Made by a program: the position numbers and the translations under genes. Of a stretch of 61,738 nt of DNA, positions 55,701 to 61,738 are shown in pieces. Position 1 is the stretch's first letter, and every line of letters begins with the position of its first letter. The DNA comes from a virus. Its lineage: Duplodnaviria > Caudoviricetes. The DNA is taken from IMG/VR virus record IMGVR_UViG_3300033144_001147, positions 1 to 61,738 of that record; one strand, 5' to 3'. The notes below the pieces were generated by a model that did not search any database, had not been told where the DNA came from, and worked only from the letters and a program-made list of their open reading frames with translations.

Positions 55701-58700
55701 ATTTTAACTCCCTTCAGAATATTATTAATCTTTATTCTATCTTTAGGATTTAAAAGTTTTTCGATTGACTCTTCTAATCTAACATTATTCTTTTCAGCAG
55801 CAAATTCTAAAATTTCATCCTGTATATTTTGTATATTTTCAGGGGTTGCTTGTGAGATCTTACGAATTAAAGTGGTCACTTCTGATTTAGTATAAATATC
55901 TTTAGGAAGAACTCTTCTTAAAAAGTTTCTTAATTCTCTTTGAGCTTCCCTTAATTCTTTCATTCCTATCTTTTTGGAATTTAATATAAGTCGAGAATTT
56001 TTAATAGACGCTGATAAATCAGTGCTTTGTTTTCCTCCTAAAGCTCGCGCCATATCTATTTCTAAAACTCGTTGCTGAGTGGATGCAATATTAGTTCCTG
56101 TAGTGTTTAATTTTTTAAAGGCCGGTTGAGATCGTAAAAAATCCATAGTCTCGTCCATTATCTCTTGTTGACTCTTTTTTATTTTAGACTTTATATTAGC
56201 TCTTTGCAGTTGGTAATATTTTTTAAATACTGTATTATAAAGTTTAAGGCCACTGTTCATTCCCCCCTCTATATTACCTAAAGATTTAGGGATGGTTTTA
56301 AGAACCTCATCATGTACTTTTAATAATTTATCTATTTCTCTTTTAGGAAATTTACGGACTCGAGTTAAATAATCTCTGATTGCTGCATCTGTAAAATTCT
56401 GATCTCTTGCGGTATTAATAATATCTATAGGGCTATCTTCTTTATTAAAAGTTTTTTGGTTCTTTTCGGTTATTACCTTTTGGTTTTTCTCCTTACTTCT
56501 TGGATTAAACATTCTACCATTCTTTGTTAAGTAATATCCTGTCAACCTCCCATAGTCATACGCATTTTTATCTCTAACTCTCGCCTTACCAATACCAAAA
56601 CCTAACCTGCCCGCCCACGTTTCTAAGTCGGTTAAAGAATAAACGTTAGGACCAATAAAACCTTTAGGGTTCATTTGATACATTTGTATTAATTTATCTA
56701 AGCCGGCTTTTTGATTTTTCTCTTTAAGCTGAGTATATTTACCTGGATTATTTACTCTATCCATCATGTAGTCAATAAAGTCTTGCTCCGTAATCTCAAC
56801 TCCAGCTAACTCGCTTAACTCTTGAGCTTGACCGTCTAAAGGAGATGCGTTTCTTCTTAAAAGGAAATTTAAAGCCGCATTACCCTTTCTCCAATTAGGA
56901 TCTCCATATTTATCAAAATCTTGTTTGGTTATACCATGGAAATACTCATGAATTTTTTGAGCTATATAACTAATATCTAACCCAGCTAATCCTGATTCTT
57001 GTCGTTCTAAAGCCTGCTGTTCAGCATCTTGCTCTGCATAAGCCCCTGCAATCTCCTCTTCTGTATAGACATCTCGACTTATTTGATAATCTTTAAGGGC
57101 CTTTAGTAATGGGTCGGTAATAACATCTATGTTCGTAGTAGACGCATAAGTCTTAAAAGGTAGTTTGGATAATTTTTCTAAAGCTTCCTCGTAAGTTTCA
57201 CTCTCCTTCATTAGTTTAGTTATAAGCTTATCTAAAACTCTTCCTTCTTTAGTTTTCCTCAAGTCAGTGTGTTCTCGCGCATCCGTATACATACCTGCGT
57301 TGTTCGTTGGAGGATATCCCGCTAATTTTAGAAGAGCATTAAATAACATTGAATGATGACCTGGTACGATTGGAGTCTTTTTCTTTTGTGGAGCAGACTT
57401 TTCTTTCGGTGATTCTTTTTTAGATTTTTTCTTTGGTTTTGCTTTTGGTTTTCTGGTTATAACCTCCACATCAGACTCTTCTACCTCTTCTCCTGTTCTC
57501 ACCTTACCAGCTACCGTATTAAAAAAGTCTATAATATCATTGTCTGTTTTAGTAAATTTAACTATATCTGTAGGTAATCCTAATTTAGAAGCCACAATTT
57601 GTAGCCATCTTTTTACCGTTCCTTTAGCTGACTTATCTAACTTAGTATAGTTATTAGCTAACATAGCAAATAACTCGGCCACCTGTTCTTCACTTTGGTC
57701 TTGAGTTTCATAAGCCTTAGCAAACTCTTGTAATTCTTTTTTTACTTTAGGGTCTTTCACTCCCTTAATAGCGGCAGCCAACATACGCTGAGTAACCTCT
57801 TGTATCTCACTATCAATACCTAAAGTTTTTAATAGTACCGCATGCATAACTTCATGAGGAACCGTTCTACTGGTAGCGATGGTAGAGTTAATATGAATTG
57901 TATTAGTAGCTGGAGCAAACGTTCCTCTTGTCCCTCTACTCTTTTGACTTACCGCTTGATTATACGCATCCTCTGTAGCGTGTAATACTATATTAACATT
58001 AGGTAATAGTTTCTTAACTGCTTTCCCAGCCTTAATAGCTTGATTTAATAAACGTTGAGGGATAGTGGTTTTACCCTTACCATCAGTTGAGGTATATTGA
58101 ACGTTGTCTGAAACCCTGCCTCCTGGAAGAGAAACTGTAGACCCTTCACTGGTTGTTACATTAACCGTATTAGTTTCAGTATTTACATCTACCCCTGTAG
58201 TAGTGGTAGTAGTTTCCGCAACAGGAGTGTCTTCTGTAGTTTCTTCTGTAGTCTGCTCTACCACTGGAACGCCCGTGTCTTCAGCCACAGCTGCTTCTAA
58301 ATCACTAACCTCCTCATCTAATTGGGTTTCAGGTTCTACTTTCGTCTTCTTCTTCGACTTAGTATCTGTTTTACTTTCGACTTTACTTTTTGAGGTAGAC
58401 GTACCCGAGGTGTTTCCCGTTCCCACCGGGCCGCCATCTTGGGCTTGTACTTGTACATCCACTTTCGTTGAGCTTGACTTTTGAATGGCATCTGTTTTTT
58501 CTTTTTTAATTAATTCTTTAGTATTATCAAATTCTTCTTGAGTCCAGACATAATCCTTTCCCTTATCCTTTTTTATTCTATCCCTAACCTCTTGGTCTTG
58601 AATATCCATCTGCTCTATCTGCTCTCTACCTTTTTTTAATAGTTCAGCTTGTTTAGCATCGATCTGCTCTTGAGTAGGATTTTCTATTCCGTCTTTTTGT

Positions 58701-61700
58701 AGTTCTTTTTTAGCGTGATCTTCAGTAACCTCTACTGTATAAGTTGATGTTGTATTTCCGTCTACAGTAGTAAAGGTATGAGTTCCTTTAGCCAGCTCGG
58801 CTTTCTTTTTATTAACCTCTTCAGGGGTAGGGTTTTCTACACCGCTATTTATAAGCTCGTGCATTGCTCGTTCGGTTAAATGCTTATCTTTTGCTTCTTC
58901 GGAGAGATTACTTTCCCCTTCTCTTATTATACTCTCTACGTCATTTTCTAACTGAGCTAATTCAGCTTGCTGTTTCTTAGTAAGTTGTTTATTATATTTT
59001 TCAATATAATCTCTTAACTCTTGTTGTCGTAATAGATTCCCTAATAACTTCTTTTTTTGCTGTAATGGAAGGTCGGCAGGTATCTGATCCATAACCCCGC
59101 TTATCTGGTCGTAACTCTGAATCTGCTTGTCTCCTTCAGATTTAGTCATCTCACCTGATAATATTTTTTCTTTTATCTTTGTTACAAATGCGTCTTTGAC
59201 TGTTTGTTGCTTATGGACTTGCTCAAACACTTTAAACGTGTCGTCAGTTACTTGCGTGAAATCTTGATCTTTAGCTGCGTACACCATAGCCATTGGAGTT
59301 CCTATTACAAAACCTCCTATCATTTCTGAAGTAGCCCCTACCATTAGTTGATTAAAAAACTCCTCGGTACTTTGAGGGGTAGCAAAAGCATCAGCATCTT
59401 TTACTTCATTGTAAACACTTTTAAAAGTTATATCTGCTAATTCTTGAGCAAACCCAGTTTCAAACTCAGCAACCCCCGCGTTTCCTACTCTTATCAATCC
59501 TTGAGCTAACATACTGTTTACCTCAGCTTTCACTACCTCTTTGAAGGTTCTGCCTGAAACCTCTTTAGCTCCCTTCCCTAATACATTCATTAAAATTTTA
59601 GAAGATAGACTGTTCATTTGTTTCATGTTTCTGAAACCTAAATTCTCCAACACCCCTACTACAGCCGCTAAAGGAATAGAAAATAGTTTCTTTTCTCCTT
59701 CAGATATACTGTCAAAATATTCATCACCCGCCATTTCTTTTTGTAGGTGGGTATATACTTGTCCCCCCATATTTAGAAGTCTAATTTTTCCTGGGCCAAG
59801 CATTGCTGGAATACTTCTTGCAGCACCGTAAAACCCTAAATTACCTACCCAGTCCCACCATCCTTTATCCTCTCCTTTGTGGTCTATCTCGGAAAACGGA
59901 TGGTCTTCTACATATATATTTTCACGAGACATTTTTTGATTAATATACTCTCTACTATCATAACCAAAAGCCCAATCAAAACCAGCCTCAACACCGGTTG
60001 TCATTCCTTTTTCTTGCTGCACCCGGTCAGTTACTTTGTTAGCGAAATTAGAGAACGGAGATTTCTCTTGTCTTTCCCAATCTTCTCCTTGACCTAATTT
60101 TATTTGCTTTTTAAGATTATCAGCGTCTTCCCGCGACATGTCATCGTCAAACATTTTATTTATTTCTACTCCAGCATCTATTACCATATCCATTCCAAAA
60201 GCCCCTATATCAGAAAACCCTCCTGCTGTCATATTTTGAAAAAATCCTCCTGAAGCACTTCCTTGTTGCCCTCTCATCATATACCACAGACCTACATCGC
60301 GGTCTAATTGTTGACCTATATCTATTAAGTTATTTCTCTCTACCTTAAGTTGCTTGTGTAGATACTTTAATTCTATAAGTAAAGCGTCCGGAGTGGTAGC
60401 TACTTCCTCTCCATCCTCCCCGGTTATATATATAGGTTGGTCTCGAGGCAGGTGTTTTATATTATTATAATCTTGAACTTGACGGAAGTATTCTTTAATA
60501 TCATCTCTTAACTTATTTTCTTTTTCGGTTACTTTTTTAACCGTTCTATCCACCTGTCCTTGGTCGTGAAACTTAAACTCTTTTTCTACAGACTCTCCTT
60601 TCTCAGCTTCGTTATAATAATTAGTGTCATGTCTATTGTCTATTAAAAACTTTTTAAGGTTTTTTGCCTCTAACCCCTTGTCATATAGTCGGTCTAAATT
60701 AACATAATGTCGTTTTTTATACCATTGCCCATCATCACCTTCTTCATATCCGTACACATACATTCCGTCCCCCGCAACGTCAGTTCTCTCAAACACAAAA
60801 CCATAGTCCCCAAAATGATATTCCAGTAAAGGTATTACTCCCTCTTCCGTGTCTGCTACAAGGTCTTCATCAATATGTTGAAGAGATTGCTCGAAAGGAT
60901 CTTTACTTTTAATATACCCCGCTGTTTCATCGTCAATTCTTTTCCCTGAAGTTTCAGTTTCATGATAATACTTTCTTTTATAAGCCCTGTCTCCAGAAGA
61001 GTCTGTGCCCTTAAATATATTTTTAATGGTGTTCATTAAAGCTTTAGCCCCTCCCCAGCTTTCTGATCTTGCTACTATTTTTTGAGGCTCCATAATCTCG
61101 GTCTCAATAAGGTCTTCATTTACTGCGTCAAAACCTTGAGCAGAATAAAAGTCATCTATCTCCGCGTCACTCATTTTATTTAACTCCCCCATAGTCATGG
61201 TGGTTAAAAGGATGGCTTTCTGTTCATCGCCTCGTGCTTTATCTAAATACCACTTACGGGACTCATCATCCCAGCGCGCCCATCGGTCTAAAACTTCTTG
61301 GTCTATTTTTTGTTGAGTGGCAGGCTCCTCTTGAGATTGGTCTATAGCTTCTTCACTAACACTAACGTCCCCTTCGGCAGGCTGTTCATTCTGATCTATA
61401 TCTTGTTCGGATTGAGGCTGAGGGTCTCCTTCAGCGGGTTGTTCATTTTGGTCTATCGCTTGTTCCGTTGATATGTTTGAAGATTCCAATTTGCCAGGTA
61501 CTCCCTCCACTTGTGGTATACCTGATACCAACATTTCCTCCACATGGTCTCCAGTAAGCTCGAAATTTTTTTTTTCAGGAGATTCTCCTGTAGACTCTTC
61601 ACCTGCAGTAGTTCCTACTAAAACCTGAAACTCTTCTACCGTACCATTATATCCTGTATTAACAAAATATTTATAAGTATCATTAAAAGCCTCATTATTT

Positions 61701-61738
61701 TCTTGTAATAATTGCTGATAATCCTCTATAGTTCCGTT
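52784..61738 (-). CDS. Giant virion/ejection polyvalent protein with a zincin-like metallopeptidase domain; true length 3002 aa starting at 168
   Basis: Frame is open past the annotated GTG at 61543 through the junction; RGTFAPATNTIHIN...TVPHEVMHA...EEQVAE (HExxH plus downstream Glu). Confidence 0.8.
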   Translation of the reverse strand, partial: NGTIEDYQQLLQENNEAFNDTYKYFVNTGYNGTVEEFQVLVGTTAGEESTGESPEKKNFELTGDHVEEMLVSGIPQVEGVPGKLESSNISTEQAIDQNEQPAEGDPQPQSEQDIDQNEQPAEGDVSVSEEAIDQSQEEPATQQKIDQEVLDRWARWDDESRKWYLDKARGDEQKAILLTTMTMGELNKMSDAEIDDFYSAQGFDAVNEDLIETEIMEPQKIVARSESWGGAKALMNTIKNIFKGTDSSGDRAYKRKYYHETETSGKRIDDETAGYIKSKDPFEQSLQHIDEDLVADTEEGVIPLLEYHFGDYGFVFERTDVAGDGMYVYGYEEGDDGQWYKKRHYVNLDRLYDKGLEAKNLKKFLIDNRHDTNYYNEAEKGESVEKEFKFHDQGQVDRTVKKVTEKENKLRDDIKEYFRQVQDYNNIKHLPRDQPIYITGEDGEEVATTPDALLIELKYLHKQLKVERNNLIDIGQQLDRDVGLWYMMRGQQGSASGGFFQNMTAGGFSDIGAFGMDMVIDAGVEINKMFDDDMSREDADNLKKQIKLGQGEDWERQEKSPFSNFANKVTDRVQQEKGMTTGVEAGFDWAFGYDSREYINQKMSRENIYVEDHPFSEIDHKGEDKGWWDWVGNLGFYGAARSIPAMLGPGKIRLLNMGGQVYTHLQKEMAGDEYFDSISEGEKKLFSIPLAAVVGVLENLGFRNMKQMNSLSSKILMNVLGKGAKEVSGRTFKEVVKAEVNSMLAQGLIRVGNAGVAEFETGFAQELADITFKSVYNEVKDADAFATPQSTEEFFNQLMVGATSEMIGGFVIGTPMAMVYAAKDQDFTQVTDDTFKVFEQVHKQQTVKDAFVTKIKEKILSGEMTKSEGDKQIQSYDQISGVMDQIPADLPLQQKKKLLGNLLRQQELRDYIEKYNKQLTKKQQAELAQLENDVESIIREGESNLSEEAKDKHLTERAMHELINSGVENPTPEEVNKKKAELAKGTHTFTTVDGNTTSTYTVEVTEDHAKKELQKDGIENPTQEQIDAKQAELLKKGREQIEQMDIQDQEVRDRIKKDKGKDYVWTQEEFDNTKELIKKEKTDAIQKSSSTKVDVQVQAQDGGPVGTGNTSGTSTSKSKVESKTDTKSKKKTKVEPETQLDEEVSDLEAAVAEDTGVPVVEQTTEETTEDTPVAETTTTTTGVDVNTETNTVNVTTSEGSTVSLPGGRVSDNVQYTSTDGKGKTTIPQRLLNQAIKAGKAVKKLLPNVNIVLHATEDAYNQAVSQKSRGTRGTFAPATNTIHINSTIATSRTVPHEVMHAVLLKTLGIDSEIQEVTQRMLAAAIKGVKDPKVKKELQEFAKAYETQDQSEEQVAELFAMLANNYTKLDKSAKGTVKRWLQIVASKLGLPTDIVKFTKTDNDIIDFFNTVAGKVRTGEEVEESDVEVITRKPKAKPKKKSKKESPKEKSAPQKKKTPIVPGHHSMLFNALLKLAGYPPTNNAGMYTDAREHTDLRKTKEGRVLDKLITKLMKESETYEEALEKLSKLPFKTYASTTNIDVITDPLLKALKDYQISRDVYTEEEIAGAYAEQDAEQQALERQESGLAGLDISYIAQKIHEYFHGITKQDFDKYGDPNWRKGNAALNFLLRRNASPLDGQAQELSELAGVEITEQDFIDYMMDRVNNPGKYTQLKEKNQKAGLDKLIQMYQMNPKGFIGPNVYSLTDLETWAGRLGFGIGKARVRDKNAYDYGRLTGYYLTKNGRMFNPRSKEKNQKVITEKNQKTFNKEDSPIDIINTARDQNFTDAAIRDYLTRVRKFPKREIDKLLKVHDEVLKTIPKSLGNIEGGMNSGLKLYNTVFKKYYQLQRANIKSKIKKSQQEIMDETMDFLRSQPAFKKLNTTGTNIASTQQRVLEIDMARALGGKQSTDLSASIKNSRLILNSKKIGMKELREAQRELRNFLRRVLPKDIYTKSEVTTLIRKISQATPENIQNIQDEILEFAAEKNNVRLEESIEKLLNPKDRIKINNILKGVKIDDATRKRIERIRKRLNPKGGLKTEDKVLEYLAELQKEYNDINENPAKKEADYEALADLQIIMSLINAQNLMDNKDISKVATLSKVESMLKDIIVTGKTLFKEELKKAHLEYRRQFEEVYKDITGRTESFKKQAIRELKEDGIENPTPELIQDKITDIIEGIKQKQGDLNDASNKKNRPTGVALKKRAQNLVNSIVRTLGNIMGQNSDMFSLMDKISKLPAALFEGVTQKEVTEKIDRASRLFKERMLMNEAFIIFKWQELFGKKYKKKVAKFTRSVSTGIYKDADAVQKAQDAYNNNPTPVNQKKLEDAIAQNEQELSPNQMYYLYNQYKDPRNHPGFEKQFGSDYQRVMQEMTDLLTNEYAELKEFADWQVDILFPMLYQHYNQAYKDIYRIDMPYNVNYAGMVYRELGKGDQQDAGIDLLSGTPQYHNTVSSNSTKMRQDNKRAIRKDVDGTNALFTYIRDMEYFAAYARPVSDINKIFTNPIIYDTIKRLYGQETNDMIHAAIDKIANKGMSQSDGKMDQAVNVMQDIFILSRLGINPVVTLKQLTSFVTYGNDIGFVNWMKNAALSRFGKGQSVKAVWKEIAENSVYLQDRQKQSITKAIEAYTDERMIEVMPERFGMSGNTRESLINILMYTTRLGDIGAIYLGGVPNYVFYKEQALKAGKTEKQAIEIAIRKFERDTKRTQQSTDLQDRDYRQNKDAINRALNMFLTTPKQYLRKEVYAIRNLYRLAASGGKQGKGTVGENMRTFITYHVVMPMFFQYVANGFPGLLADWDEEDGSDLMRAGILGNINALFIYGEFVEKFAYYLQDKPKGFLEFKNLPILTQGEEILSKLAAYRDAKDPVKKQEKFYKALREISQITGLPVNNLHKIFKNLEALADGESDPAKIMMRLFNYSEYQINSEEERAEQRKEMMKGVNKRTRERHGTTKKKSKNTKLKSDNPMERVNPMHSENPMSNSNPMSSDNPMLD
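58336..58491 (-). CDS. Overprinted 51-aa basic peptide in the +1 frame of the giant gene
   Basis: MPFKSQAQRKWMYKYKPKMAARWERETPRVRLPQKVKSKVKQILSRRRRRK, preceded by the A-rich TAATTAAAAAAGAAAAAACAG. Confidence 0.65.
   Translation of the reverse strand: MPFKSQAQRKWMYKYKPKMAARWERETPRVRLPQKVKSKVKQILSRRRRRK
61625..61738. repeat. Terminal direct repeat, copy 2
   Basis: Identical to 1-114. Confidence 0.97.

Noticed and set aside
52784-61738. Virion RNA polymerase as in crAss-like phages or N4
   Set aside because: No DxDxD-type catalytic motif or other polymerase signature seen; only a zincin motif

Overview
The window is a complete, circularly permuted genome of a tailed phage, 61,624 bp unique (bases 1-114 repeat exactly at 61625-61738). 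It is probably a podovirus of a Bacteroidota (Flavobacteriia-like) host, judged from TAnnTTTG promoters and A-rich, mostly SD-less start regions. The minus-strand arm (36.3 kb down to 1, then across the junction to 52.5 kb) carries groEL/groES, a cluster of very basic proteins, lysis genes, tail fibres, SET and 2OG-Fe(II) enzymes, terminase, portal, scaffold, capsid, tail ring/nozzle and ejection proteins, ending in a ~3002-aa zincin-bearing giant protein that spans the junction. The plus-strand arm (36.9-52.6 kb) carries small early genes, then recombination and replication genes. No DNA polymerase, RNA polymerase, integrase, DNA methyltransferase or tRNA was recognised. Main observations: (1) 3.4 kb at the start of the early arm (36221-39649) has no GpC dinucleotide at all, and ten consecutive early proteins (859 aa) contain no alanine; (2) two complete type I hammerhead ribozymes bracket three early genes inside that zone; (3) basic microproteins, one ArfA-like, are overprinted in the +1 frame of acidic linkers in the scaffold and giant-protein genes; (4) a duplicated iteron-like element, face-to-face promoters and candidate ncRNA hairpins. 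Product calls come from motif recognition by eye; no database searches were run.
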